A stretch of 64,000 nucleotides of DNA, from contig JAQCEA010000008.1 in the NCBI GenBank assembly GCA_027620495.1, forward strand, positions 12,098-76,097, written 5' to 3'. This document shows, one piece after another, positions 8,923 to 19,266 of the stretch. How positions within the stretch are numbered: position 1 is the first letter of the stretch; each line of letters starts with the position of its first letter. The stretch comes from Pseudomonadota bacterium (lineage in GTDB: Bacteria > Pseudomonadota > Alphaproteobacteria > Puniceispirillales > Puniceispirillaceae). Position numbers and translations under genes: made by a program. Under the pieces are notes generated by a model, which saw only the letters and a program-made list of their open reading frames with translations, made no database searches and was not told the origin of the DNA.

Positions 8923-11055
8923 TTACCCAGCCGCCAGAAATTTTACCGCACTGTCACGCTCAAACAGGCTAAGCAATAAATTGATATGATTTGTATTGTT
9001 GGTCGCGAACATTGATTGGGCTTGGCCGCGCGCCTTTCCCAGCAGATCGCGGTGCGCGGCAAGGTCGGCCAAGATAAATTCTGGCACTCCAGACTGGCGC
9101 TGGCCCAAAAATTCACCGGGGCCACGCAAATTTAAATCTTCTTCAGCAATCACAAACCCATCATTTGTGTCCCGCATGACCGACAATCTTTTGCTGGCGG
9201 TTTCGCTCAATGGCGGCTGATAGACAAGCAGACAACTGCTTTGGGTTGTGCTGCGGCCCACCCGGCCGCGTAGCTGGTGCAGTTGAGCAAGACCGAAGCG
9301 TTCGGCATGTTCGATAACAATGATACTTGCCGCTGGGACATCAACCCCGACTTCGACAACGGTTGTGGCGACAAGAAGCTGTGCCTGTCCGGTTCTAAAT
9401 TGCTGCATTGCCGCGTCACGTTCGGCGGCTTTCATTTTGCCATGAGCCAAGGCAACGCCGATACCGGGCAGGGCATGGCCAAGGTCATTAAAACGATCTT
9501 CGGCGGCGGCAATGTCCAGTTTATCTGACTCATCGACAAGCGGGCAAATCCAATAGGCGCGCCTGCCGTCATGCAAGGCCCGCCGCAATCCATCGACAAC
9601 CTCGTTGATGCGGTCTTTGGCAATGGCTCTGGTATCAATTGGCAGGCGGCCAACAGGTTTTTCATCAAGCCGCGAATGGTCAAGATCGCCATAAGCTGTC
9701 ATTGCGAGGCTTCGCGGGATGGGGGTGGCTGTCATAACCATTACATCGACATCACGTCCCTTTTCGCCAAGCAAAATGCGCTGGCGCACGCCGAATCTAT
9801 GCTGTTCGTCGATCACGGCCAGTCCAAGATCGTGAAAAATGGCTGTGTCGGATAACAGGGCGTGTGTGCCAACAACCAGCGAAATGGTGCCATCTGCCAT
9901 CGCGGCCAATGTGTCTTTACGGCTGCGCGGGGTATGATTGTGATCACCATCTGGGCCATGATCAGCGTTCAGGCTGCTGGTGCGCCCTTGGCCCAAAAGT
10001 AATCCGACATCCATGTGTAACGGGCGCAGAAGGGCGCTGAGACTGGCATGATGCTGGCGTGCCAGTACTTCGGTCGGGGCCAGAAGCGCCGCTTGCGCCC
10101 CGGTTTCGGCAACGGTTAGCATGGCCGCTAGTGCCACCAGCGTTTTTCCAGACCCAACATCGCCCTGCAGCATCCGAAGCATGCGTTTTGGTGATGCCTG
10201 ATCAGCGGTAATTTCATTAATCGCATTTTGTTGCGCGGTGGTCATCGCAAATGGCAGCCCCGCCTGTAACGCCGCAAGAAATTTGCCCGGCGGTGCAAAA
10301 CATCGGCCGGGCGCGGTATCGCTTGCTTGCTGGCGCACCATTGTCAGTGCCAATTGGTTGGCGAGCAATTCATCAAAGGCAAGGCGGGCGCGGGCCGGGC
10401 TGTTTGGCAAAAGGTCGGCTTCGGATTGCGGCGTATGCACAGCGCGCATAGCATCAGCAAAATTTGGCCAGTTATGTTCGGCCATGATCGGGGCTGGGAT
10501 CCATTCTGGCAGGTCAGGCAGACGTGTCAGCGCATCTGCGATTGTGCGCCGCAACATTTTTGGGGTCAGTCCGGCTGTTAACGGATAGACAGGTTCCAAT
10601 ATCGGCATGGTGCCGCTTTGTTCCGGCGCAACGATATGGTCGGGGTGCGCCATCTGAACGCGCCCTTGAAATAATTCGACACGTCCGCTGACAATGCGGC
10701 GTTCGCCAATTGGCAATTGTTTGGCGATATAGTCATTATGCGCATGAAAAAACACTAATTCCAGTTCGCCAGTATCATTTTGGCAAAACACCCGGTAGGG
10801 ACGGCGTGTGCCGCGCGGTGGGCGGTCATGCTTGATGACCAAAATTTCAATGGTAGCAATATGGCCATCAACCACCGCGTTCAGCGCTGGGCGTTGCCGC
10901 CTGTCAATAAGGCCAATGGGCAGGTGCCGCAATACATCAATCACATAGTTGCCAATGCGTTTTTCAAGAATAGCGGCAAGCTTTGCACCAACACCAGACA
11001 GGCTTGTTGTGGCGGCGAATAGTTGAAAGATTTCTGGCGGTCTCTTTGGGTGCAC
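8923..11055 (-). CDS. recG: ATP-dependent DNA helicase RecG
   Basis: 710 aa. Wedge domain, helicase motif I GDVGSGKT, DEQHRFG, MTATPIPR, QLHQLRGRVGR. Confidence 0.93.
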   Translation of the reverse strand: MHPKRPPEIFQLFAATTSLSGVGAKLAAILEKRIGNYVIDVLRHLPIGLIDRRQRPALNAVVDGHIATIEILVIKHDRPPRGTRRPYRVFCQNDTGELELVFFHAHNDYIAKQLPIGERRIVSGRVELFQGRVQMAHPDHIVAPEQSGTMPILEPVYPLTAGLTPKMLRRTIADALTRLPDLPEWIPAPIMAEHNWPNFADAMRAVHTPQSEADLLPNSPARARLAFDELLANQLALTMVRQQASDTAPGRCFAPPGKFLAALQAGLPFAMTTAQQNAINEITADQASPKRMLRMLQGDVGSGKTLVALAAMLTVAETGAQAALLAPTEVLARQHHASLSALLRPLHMDVGLLLGQGRTSSLNADHGPDGDHNHTPRSRKDTLAAMADGTISLVVGTHALLSDTAIFHDLGLAVIDEQHRFGVRQRILLGEKGRDVDVMVMTATPIPRSLAMTAYGDLDHSRLDEKPVGRLPIDTRAIAKDRINEVVDGLRRALHDGRRAYWICPLVDESDKLDIAAAEDRFNDLGHALPGIGVALAHGKMKAAERDAAMQQFRTGQAQLLVATTVVEVGVDVPAASIIVIEHAERFGLAQLHQLRGRVGRSTTQSSCLLVYQPPLSETASKRLSVMRDTNDGFVIAEEDLNLRGPGEFLGQRQSGVPEFILADLAAHRDLLGKARGQAQSMFATNNTNHINLLLSLFERDSAVKFLAAG

Positions 11056-11273
11056 TGGGTTGGCTTTCGCGTCAGTTCTGGGGTTGTATTATGTGATGCC
11101 CATTGCATTACAGGCTAACAAATATTGGTCTTGATGGGTCATAAAATCTATCACTGACCAAAATGTGATCAAAACTGTTTTCTAGCCATATCGCTAGGCA
11201 GGCTTGCTGGTTTCTGCTATGTGAAGCCCATCATAAACCCGGCCCGTTTTCACAATTGCCAAGGATTAGTGTG

Positions 11274-11558
11274 ATGTCATCATCAACATCAAACCCGCCG
11301 CCTGTTATGTCGGATCGGGCGCGGCGGCTGATTTATCAGGCAAGCTATACCGGCATGAAAGAAACCGATCTGTTGCTTGGGCATTTTGCCAAAACCCATC
11401 TGGCAGATTTGTGTGACGCGGATTTAACTGATTTTGAAAATTTGCTGGCCGCTGGTGACCATTGGATATATGCATGGGTCATGGGAAATGAACCGGTGCC
11501 TGATGCGTATGACACAGCTGTATTTAGATTAATAAAAGACTTTAAAGACAATAAATAA
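11274..11558 (+). CDS. sdhE: Succinate dehydrogenase assembly factor 2 (SdhE/DUF339 family)
   Basis: About 95 aa from ATG 11274, with SD AAGGA 8 nt upstream. RRLIYQASYTGMKETDLLLG aligns to the SdhE RGxxE region. Conserved position between recG and mfd. Confidence 0.7.
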   Translation: MSSSTSNPPPVMSDRARRLIYQASYTGMKETDLLLGHFAKTHLADLCDADLTDFENLLAAGDHWIYAWVMGNEPVPDAYDTAVFRLIKDFKDNK

Positions 11559-11561
11559 AAT

Positions 11562-14500
11562 ATGAAATTTATTAATAATATTTCAAATTATGGAGATATT
11601 TGGGGGGCGCCAGATGGGGTGCTTTCTTTGGTGCTGGCCGAGGCTGTACATGCACAAGCACCAGTCATTTTCGTGGCACGAGATGATGCAAGATTGGCGT
11701 CTGTTGAGGCAGGGTTAAAATGCATCAACCCACAGCTTGATAGTTGGGTTTTGCCAGCGTGGGATTGTTTGCCGTTTGACCGGTTGTCGCCGCAAGGCGG
11801 GTTAGTGGGGCGGCGTATTGAAACGCTGGCAAGATTATGCGCTGGCGAAGTGCCATCCATTCTGCTGACCACAATCAACGCGATTGTGCAAAAGCTTCCG
11901 CCTGCTGATTATTTTACCGATAGCTCTTTGGTGATCACCCCGGCGAGCGCGCATAGCCCGGCCAGTCTTGCTGAATTTTTGTCTAATCACGCCTATTTGC
12001 GGACTGACACGGTTCGTGAAACGGGTGAATTTGCCATTCGCGGCGGCATAGTTGATGTCTTTCCACCAGGCCATAGCGATCCGGTACGGCTGGATTTTTT
12101 CGGCGATGAAATTGAAACAATGCGTGTTTTTGATGCCGCCACACAGCGCAGCACCGGGCGGCTTGATCGGTTAATTTTACGACCTGTTGCTGAATTTATG
12201 TTAACCGAAGCCAGCATCAGCCGGTTTCGAACCGGCTATTTGCAGGCATTTGGCGGCAGTGTCAGTCGTGATGCGCTGTATGAATCGGTATCGGCTGGCC
12301 GGATGCATCCGGGGATTGAACATTGGTTGCCCTTATTTCATGACCGTCTTGTCACACTGGCGGACTATTGCCCGGGCTGGCCATTATTTTTGGATCATGA
12401 AGGCGATGCCGCATATGCCGCGCGGCAGGCCCAGATTCAGGATTTTTTCCAAGCTCGCAACCAATATGATAAAGATGATGAAGCCGCGCCTTATCGGCCG
12501 CTTCCGCCCGATCAGCTTTACTTAAGTGATGCACACATCCAAACCGTGCTTTTGGGGCCGTCTACTAGACGGTTTTTTTCTTATGCTGCCCCCGAAACAC
12601 CAGAATCGAACTCGTCCAAACAAGGCAAAACTGACGTGGGTGGCCGGACTGGCATCCGATTGGCGGCATCAGGCGCAGCGAGCGCCGTTACCGACTGTGT
12701 GGCGGCAATTACATCTGAACGACAGGGACAAAACCGGCCGGTGTTACTGGCCTGTAGTTCAGCTGGGGCGGCCAGCCGCCTGACTGATTTGCTGAAAAAT
12801 CAAATCGGTGCTGGCGTGGTGCAAGCTGTCTCGGCATTGTCCGAGGTGAAACAGGCTGGCGTATATATCACGCAATGGCCATTAGAAACCGGGTTTCAAA
12901 CTGATCAGATTCTGGTGTTTGCCGAGCCTGATATCTTTGGCCAACGGTTGTCACGCCCGCAATCAAAACGCGGCCGCGGAGATGATTTTCTGCGTGAAGT
13001 CAGCGCGCTTGAGACAGGTGATTTGGTTGTGCATGCCGAACATGGTATTGGCCGCTATGAAGGGCTGGTCATCATCAACAGTGCGGGCGGCGATCATGAT
13101 TGTCTGCATCTGGTATATGCGGGCGGTGACAAGCTGTATCTACCTGTTGAAAATATCGAACTGCTCAGCCGCTATGGTAGTGGTGACGGTGACTCTCAGC
13201 TTGACCGGCTTGGCGGTGCAGCATGGCAGGCACGGGTTGCCCGTATCAAGGGGCGAGTTCGGATTATGGCCGAACAATTGATTAAAATTGCGGCGTCTCG
13301 GCAACGCGCCAAAGCTGAACCACTGATTGCTGAAGATGGCAGTTTCGCCGAATTTTGTGGTCGTTTTGCTTTTAGCGAGACAGATGACCAATTACATGCT
13401 ATAGCCGATGTTGTTGATGATCTTGCCTCTGGCAAGGCGAGTGACCGGCTTATTTGCGGTGATGTTGGGTTTGGCAAAACCGAAGTGGCATTACGCGCCG
13501 CGTTTATTGCGGCGATGGCTGGCTATCAGGTGGCTGTGGTGGCACCAACAACATTGCTTGCCCGCCAGCATGGCAAGGTATTTGTCGAGCGATTTAACGG
13601 ATTTCCGGTAAAAATAGGCGTGCTGTCACGCATGACACCAACGCAAGCGGCAAAAGACATCCGCGATGGCATTGCTTCTGGTGATATACAGATTGCCATT
13701 GGTACACATGCGCTTTTGGCCAAATCCATTAGCTTTAACCACCTCGGTTTGCTGATCATTGATGAAGAACAGCATTTTGGCGTTGGTCAAAAAGAACGTC
13801 TAAAAGAACTGCGTGGTGATATTCATGTGCTGACGTTATCGGCGACACCGATCCCGCGTACCTTGCAAATGGCCCTGTCTGGGGTGCGGGAAATGTCGCT
13901 TATCGCGACCCCGCCGGTTGACCGATTGGCAGTGCGTACCTTTGTCGGCCCGTGGGACGGGGTGGTTTTACGTGAAGCCATTCAACGTGAAATGTTTCGC
14001 GGCGGCCAAATTTTTGTTGTGTGTCCGCGGATTGATGACATGCAACGTGTGTATGACCGGGTCACGGCGCTGGTGCCAGATGCGCGGATATTATCAGCGC
14101 ATGGTCGGATGGCACCAAGCGAACTCGATCAAGTGATGACACGTTTTGCCGATGGCGAGGCTGATATTTTGCTGTCTACCAACATTGTTGAATCAGGCAT
14201 TGATATCCCATCAGCCAATACCATGATTATTCATCGGGCAGATATGTTTGGCCTGTCACAACTTTATCAATTACGCGGCCGGGTCGGACGGGGCCGCCAG
14301 CGTGCCTATGCCTATCTCACGTCTGATCCAAAGCGGCTGTTAAGCCCACAAGCCCGCCGCCGCTTAGAAGTGATGCAAACGCTTGATACATTGGGTGCAG
14401 GATTTACTTTGGCATCGTACGATATGGATATTCGCGGTGCTGGGAATTTGCTTGGTGACGAACAATCAGGTCATGTGCGCGAGGTAGGTGTTGAATTATA

Positions 14501-15023
14501 TCAAGAAATGCTGCGTCAGGCCGTTGACGCGGCAAAATCTGGCAAAGTGGGTGATGACGATACATCTGCCGAAACGGTCTGGACACCGCAAATCAATCTT
14601 GGGATTGAGGTGCGTATCCCAGAAACCTATGTGCCAGATCTGAATGTGCGTTTGTCCATTTATCGCCGTATTGGTGACCTTGCTGACCCACAGGCCATTG
14701 ATCAGATGATTGCTGAACTTGTCGACCGATTTGGCCCCTTGCCAGACTCGGTGCGTAACCTGTTTGCATTTATCGAGCTAAAACAAATGTGCCGCAGTGC
14801 CAATGTCGAAAAAATTGATGCTGGACCCAAAGGCATATCTTTATCTTTTCGTGATGATCAATTTGCTCGTCCAGAACAGCTTATTGGCTGGATTGCCGGG
14901 CAGGGTGGGCGTGTGCAATTGCGTCCTGACCACCGGCTGTTTGTCAAATCCTCTTTGGAAAAGCCAGACCTGCAAATGCCAGCCTGCCGCGAGGTCATTC
15001 AGCAATTGATTAGCTTGCTTTAG
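11562..15023 (+). CDS. mfd: Transcription-repair coupling factor Mfd
   Basis: 1153 aa. CarD-like region VHAEHGIGRY, helicase motifs GDVGFGKTE, DEEQHFGV, LSATPIPRT, QLRGRVGR, and a TRG/C-terminal domain. Confidence 0.95.
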   Translation: MKFINNISNYGDIWGAPDGVLSLVLAEAVHAQAPVIFVARDDARLASVEAGLKCINPQLDSWVLPAWDCLPFDRLSPQGGLVGRRIETLARLCAGEVPSILLTTINAIVQKLPPADYFTDSSLVITPASAHSPASLAEFLSNHAYLRTDTVRETGEFAIRGGIVDVFPPGHSDPVRLDFFGDEIETMRVFDAATQRSTGRLDRLILRPVAEFMLTEASISRFRTGYLQAFGGSVSRDALYESVSAGRMHPGIEHWLPLFHDRLVTLADYCPGWPLFLDHEGDAAYAARQAQIQDFFQARNQYDKDDEAAPYRPLPPDQLYLSDAHIQTVLLGPSTRRFFSYAAPETPESNSSKQGKTDVGGRTGIRLAASGAASAVTDCVAAITSERQGQNRPVLLACSSAGAASRLTDLLKNQIGAGVVQAVSALSEVKQAGVYITQWPLETGFQTDQILVFAEPDIFGQRLSRPQSKRGRGDDFLREVSALETGDLVVHAEHGIGRYEGLVIINSAGGDHDCLHLVYAGGDKLYLPVENIELLSRYGSGDGDSQLDRLGGAAWQARVARIKGRVRIMAEQLIKIAASRQRAKAEPLIAEDGSFAEFCGRFAFSETDDQLHAIADVVDDLASGKASDRLICGDVGFGKTEVALRAAFIAAMAGYQVAVVAPTTLLARQHGKVFVERFNGFPVKIGVLSRMTPTQAAKDIRDGIASGDIQIAIGTHALLAKSISFNHLGLLIIDEEQHFGVGQKERLKELRGDIHVLTLSATPIPRTLQMALSGVREMSLIATPPVDRLAVRTFVGPWDGVVLREAIQREMFRGGQIFVVCPRIDDMQRVYDRVTALVPDARILSAHGRMAPSELDQVMTRFADGEADILLSTNIVESGIDIPSANTMIIHRADMFGLSQLYQLRGRVGRGRQRAYAYLTSDPKRLLSPQARRRLEVMQTLDTLGAGFTLASYDMDIRGAGNLLGDEQSGHVREVGVELYQEMLRQAVDAAKSGKVGDDDTSAETVWTPQINLGIEVRIPETYVPDLNVRLSIYRRIGDLADPQAIDQMIAELVDRFGPLPDSVRNLFAFIELKQMCRSANVEKIDAGPKGISLSFRDDQFARPEQLIGWIAGQGGRVQLRPDHRLFVKSSLEKPDLQMPACREVIQQLISLL

Positions 15024-15051
15024 ACAAGATCATGTCCGCATGTGGCGGGGT

Positions 15052-15678
15052 TTAAGCCGACGCCGCATCAATGACCGGCAAAAAATGTTCAGATAAATGC
15101 GCCCCGGCAACAGCATATTGCTCGTTAAAAATAAAATAGGGAACGCCGTCGAGCTGAAGTTGACGCGCCATAAACAAATCTTGTTCAAGCTGGCGATGTG
15201 TTGCGGTGCTATGGACGTTGTCCAAATTAATATCAACACCAGACTGGTCAATAATGCCAGCGATGATATCCGGGTCACCAATATCCTTGCCGTCAATAAA
15301 ATAGGCTTGATAGAACGCCTCGCTCAAGATTTCGACGTTATTTTGTGCTGATAACAACACATGATGCACGCCGCGACTATCTGGCGTGCGGGTGATTTTG
15401 TCGAAATTAAAGGCAATGCCGCTGTCCAGCCCGGCGGCGGCAATGCGCCCATAAACAGCGGCGGCGGCACTGCCAAACTTATTATGCAAATAGGCTTGCC
15501 GATCCACGCCCTCGGCTGGCATGCCGGGGTTTAGCAAAAATCCGCGCCAGATATATCGGGGCGTCAAATTGCTTCGTGCCGCAAAGGCTGCATCAAGCCG
15601 TTTTTTGCCAATGTAACACCAAGGGCAGATGATATCGGCATAAATTTCGACATTGACGGTTTTTCTGGTGGTTGACAT
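15052..15678 (-). CDS. DsbA-family oxidoreductase (FrnE / 2-hydroxychromene-2-carboxylate isomerase-like)
   Basis: 208 aa. N-terminal thioredoxin-fold motif ICPWCYIGK. C-terminal GVPYFIF. Confidence 0.75.
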   Translation of the reverse strand: MSTTRKTVNVEIYADIICPWCYIGKKRLDAAFAARSNLTPRYIWRGFLLNPGMPAEGVDRQAYLHNKFGSAAAAVYGRIAAAGLDSGIAFNFDKITRTPDSRGVHHVLLSAQNNVEILSEAFYQAYFIDGKDIGDPDIIAGIIDQSGVDINLDNVHSTATHRQLEQDLFMARQLQLDGVPYFIFNEQYAVAGAHLSEHFLPVIDAASA

Positions 15679-15844
15679 CGGGTCCGTAAATTTCTTTGTG
15701 ACAGAAAAGGGCTTGAAAAATATCGAAACCTATTCCCATCTTGTTGGCAAGGCACGGCGGCAAAAAATCAAGCTGCCAGTTCATGTTTACGATCAGATGT
15801 TGTAAAATACCAAAAATAGCTTTTCATATGAGGGGCCTAACAAG

Positions 15845-16372
15845 GTGGTACCAATGGATGCGATCACAGATTATGAAACATCTTCTGGTATGTCCAAGGC
15901 CACCATATTGGCGGCGCGTGATGCCCTGTTGGCGCAAAAGTCACTGACTTTCTCGGTCCTTGATGAAAGCGCTGTTCCCGAAATGGGCGTGTCCCCCTTT
16001 ATCCGCAGGGACGATGGTCTGTATATTTATACCAGTCATTTGGCTGGCCATGTACAGGCATTATTGGTGCAAAAATGTGCCAGCTTTATTATCACGCTTG
16101 ATGAAGCCGTTACTGCCAATATCTGGGCGCGGGTCCGGCTGAAATGCACGGGGGCTGTTAGCGAAGTGCCGCGCGATGATCCAGATTTTTCCGGCCTTTG
16201 TGACGATTTTGCCGCGGCGCATGGCAACACTATGCAGTTGATTAGAGATTTTACCGATTTTCATATGCTGCGCATCACCCCACAAAGCGGCGTGTTGGTG
16301 TTGGGATTTGCGAAAGCTTTTCTTGTAAAAGGTGCCAGTTTCGAAATAGTGGCGCATCTATCGCGCGGTTGA
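15845..16372 (+). CDS. Pyridoxamine 5'-phosphate oxidase-like / HugZ-like split-barrel protein (tentative)
   Basis: 175 aa. General resemblance to COG0748-type FMN-binding split-barrel proteins (ARVRLKCTG..., DFHMLRITPQSGVLVLGFAKAF). No diagnostic motif. Confidence 0.4.
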   Translation: MVPMDAITDYETSSGMSKATILAARDALLAQKSLTFSVLDESAVPEMGVSPFIRRDDGLYIYTSHLAGHVQALLVQKCASFIITLDEAVTANIWARVRLKCTGAVSEVPRDDPDFSGLCDDFAAAHGNTMQLIRDFTDFHMLRITPQSGVLVLGFAKAFLVKGASFEIVAHLSRG

Positions 16373-16376
16373 CATC

Positions 16377-17048
16377 ATGTGTAACGGGAAATGGCAACAG
16401 TCATATCCGGTGTTGTGGAGCTTTAGGCGCTGTCCCTATGCCATGCGTGCCCGCCTTGCGATCAATACCAGCCAATGCCGCGTTTACTTGCGCGAAATCC
16501 GGCTGCGCGATAAGCCGGCAGAATTTGTTGCCGCGTCACCAAAGGCAACGGTACCGGTCTTGGTATTGCCAGATGGGCACGTGATCGATGAAAGCCGTGA
16601 TATCATGATTTGGGCCTTGCAACAATCCGACCCGCAAGGTTGGTTGCGTGTCTGGCAGGCTGACCCGGCATTTTTTCATGCCTTTCTTGACCGTCTAGAT
16701 GGGCCTTTTAAACAACAGCTTGATCGCTATAAATATGCCATTCGGTTTGAACCAAATGTCGGGCAACAAAGCCGCCAAGATGCCTGTCTGTTTTTGGCAG
16801 AAATTGACCAGCATCTAGAAACCGGCATGGGCTATTTATCCGGTGCAGATTTTGGTGTTTTAGATGCCGCTACCTTGCCCTTTGTGCGTCAATTTCGCGG
16901 TGTTGATGAAAGCTGGTTTGATTCGCAACCATGGCCGCATCTGCACCACTGGCTTGGTATGTTTTTAAAATCAGCGTCTTTTACGGCGGTTATGCAGAAA
17001 TATCAGCCATGGGAACCTGATGACAGCGTGATTTTATTTCCCGCATAA
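16377..17048 (+). CDS. Glutathione S-transferase family protein
   Basis: 223 aa. N-terminal thioredoxin-like SFRRCPYAMRARLA...TVPVLVLPDG..IDESRDI. Confidence 0.7.
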   Translation: MCNGKWQQSYPVLWSFRRCPYAMRARLAINTSQCRVYLREIRLRDKPAEFVAASPKATVPVLVLPDGHVIDESRDIMIWALQQSDPQGWLRVWQADPAFFHAFLDRLDGPFKQQLDRYKYAIRFEPNVGQQSRQDACLFLAEIDQHLETGMGYLSGADFGVLDAATLPFVRQFRGVDESWFDSQPWPHLHHWLGMFLKSASFTAVMQKYQPWEPDDSVILFPA

Positions 17049-17131
17049 GTAAAATGACTGCATTTATCGCGTAAATTTTGGCATGAGTGCCTTGTCATAA
17101 TGCCGTAACAAAACAGCGTTAGTTATATAGT

Positions 17132-18895
17132 ATGGACGGTCAAACAGCAGTGATGAAATCGATACGGCAAAACAAGCCCATTGATTGCGGCGCGGTTTTG
17201 CTGGAACAGGTGCCGCGGCTATCAGCCTATCCGGCGTTGGTAAGACAATCTGTTGTATTTGCCTTGCAAAAGCTTGTCTGCGAAGACCGTATAAATGCGT
17301 TTTTGATCGAAAACGCGATGATGCGGGATTTCCAATTTATCGATCAGGTTTTTCGGCATCTCAAAATTGAATATTTGGCCAGCGATAGAGACATCGAAAA
17401 TATCCCGGTAAAGGGCCGGGTGATTATTGTGGCAAACCATCCGCTTGGTGGGTTGGATGGGTTGGCGTTGCTTCGGCTGGTGTCGAATGTCCGGCGCGAT
17501 GTGCGCATTGTTGTGAATGAATTATTGCTTCATATCAGCCAATTAAACAATCTGTCATTGCCAGTTGATGCCTTGGGCGGTAACACCAAAAAGGCTGACA
17601 TTTATCGGATCAGACAGGCGCTGTATAATGACGAAGCGGTGATAATATTTCCCGCTGGCGAAGTGTCTCGTGCAGGGGCGAAAGGCATTCGTGACAGACA
17701 GTGGCTGCCCGGTTTCATTCAACTTGCCAAAGCCACCAGATCGCCAGTTTTGCCCATCCATGTCAAGGCTCGAAATTCTGCTTTGTTTTATGCAATATCG
17801 CGTATCAGCCAGCCCTTGTCGATGCTGATGCTGCCTCGTGAAATGCTGGGGTTTAAAGGCAAGATTTCATTCACCATCGGCCAAATAATCGCCCCGGGTG
17901 CGATCGAAGGGCTGCCATTATCCCGTAAAAAACAAGCCAAGCTTGTAAGCGACCATCTGCGACGCATTGGATCAGGCAAAACGCCGCTATTTGCAACCCA
18001 AACGCCACTGATTGATAAATGCGACCGCCGCGCCATTCAGGCTGAATTGGAACAGGCCGAAATATTAGGCAAAACAGCCGATAACAAGACAATTTTCCTA
18101 TTTGACAGCACCGGGCATTCAGTCGTTTTAGAAGAAATAGGGCGGCTACGTGAACGAACGTTTCGTTTCGTGGGTGAGGGTACTGGCCAGTGCAAAGATT
18201 TAGACGATTTTGACCATTATTATCGTCACCTCATTTTGTGGGACGAAAGCGCCTGTGAAATTGTAGGTGCTTATCGGCTGGGTGAAATCTGGAAATGGCC
18301 ACACCATGACAGCCGTATGCTCTATAGTGCGACGTTATTTGATTATACCGAAGCCGCGGCAGAGCTATTTACCGCCGGGCTTGAGCTTGGCCGCAGTTTT
18401 GTCCAACCCGAATATTGGGGCAAACGCAGTCTGGATTATTTATGGCAGGGGATAGGTGCCTATTTGGCACGGCATCCACAGGTGAAATATCTCTATGGAC
18501 CGGTGTCACTATCACAAAATTTGCCGAAAAAGGTACGCGACCTGCTTGTCTGTCATTATCGCCATTATTACCCTGACCCGCAACATCTTGCCTATGCAAA
18601 AACTTCGTATGTTTGCGATGCTGAAACGGAATCTTTATATGCCAGGCAGGGCAATAATGATGATAGTGAAACGGCGTTTACGTCACTCAAATCACAGCTT
18701 GCTTTTATGGGCATGAAAATTCCAACACTTTATAAGCAATATACCGATTTATGTTTGCCGGGTGGTACCCGCTTTTGCGGCTTTAATATTGACGAAAATT
18801 TCGGGCATTGTGTTGATGGTCTTGTTGTGGTCGATCTTGATCAGGTAAAACCAAAAAAACGTACCCGTTATATTGAACGGCATAACATGGGCTAG
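17132..18895 (+). CDS. Bifunctional acyltransferase: N-terminal PlsC-type lysophospholipid acyltransferase + C-terminal GNAT/OlsB-like N-acyltransferase (OlsF-like architecture)
   Basis: 587 aa. VANHPLGGLDG acyltransferase block and FPAGEVSR block in the first half. The second half resembles hemolysin-like / OlsB-like N-acyltransferases (YRHLILWD..IVGAYRLG..., GRSFVQPEYW). Confidence 0.62.
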   Translation: MDGQTAVMKSIRQNKPIDCGAVLLEQVPRLSAYPALVRQSVVFALQKLVCEDRINAFLIENAMMRDFQFIDQVFRHLKIEYLASDRDIENIPVKGRVIIVANHPLGGLDGLALLRLVSNVRRDVRIVVNELLLHISQLNNLSLPVDALGGNTKKADIYRIRQALYNDEAVIIFPAGEVSRAGAKGIRDRQWLPGFIQLAKATRSPVLPIHVKARNSALFYAISRISQPLSMLMLPREMLGFKGKISFTIGQIIAPGAIEGLPLSRKKQAKLVSDHLRRIGSGKTPLFATQTPLIDKCDRRAIQAELEQAEILGKTADNKTIFLFDSTGHSVVLEEIGRLRERTFRFVGEGTGQCKDLDDFDHYYRHLILWDESACEIVGAYRLGEIWKWPHHDSRMLYSATLFDYTEAAAELFTAGLELGRSFVQPEYWGKRSLDYLWQGIGAYLARHPQVKYLYGPVSLSQNLPKKVRDLLVCHYRHYYPDPQHLAYAKTSYVCDAETESLYARQGNNDDSETAFTSLKSQLAFMGMKIPTLYKQYTDLCLPGGTRFCGFNIDENFGHCVDGLVVVDLDQVKPKKRTRYIERHNMG

Positions 18896-18989
18896 CCTGT
18901 TGGGCAGTTTTCATAGATCAACTGCAAGATGGGTCTTTGCTGGCATGGTATTTGCATCTCACCTTCTGGACGTTTTGAAGGAGGCGTAG

Positions 18990-19256
18990 ATGTCAAAAAA
19001 ACCGGATACCGATGCGATCGTTGGGGTATTCGAGGCCGCAATCCATATTTTGTTGGATCATGGCTTTACCCGTGACGAGGCATTACAATTGATGCTGAGC
19101 CAAATCGCTGTTCAAGTCAGCCCAGAGATTATGCGGCTTGGTGTTACATTAAGTGAAAATCACCATGAAGATTTTGCCAAGGCGGAATGGAGCGGTGGCG
19201 AAGACGCCGTTCAACAAAAACTTGGTTCCATCGAATATGCTTTGGGGCCGCTATAA
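18990..19256 (+). CDS. Hypothetical protein (88 aa)
   Basis: Strong SD GAAGGAGG 5 nt upstream of the ATG. No recognisable motif. Confidence 0.45.
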   Translation: MSKKPDTDAIVGVFEAAIHILLDHGFTRDEALQLMLSQIAVQVSPEIMRLGVTLSENHHEDFAKAEWSGGEDAVQQKLGSIEYALGPL

Positions 19257-19266
19257 AAATTTTTGC

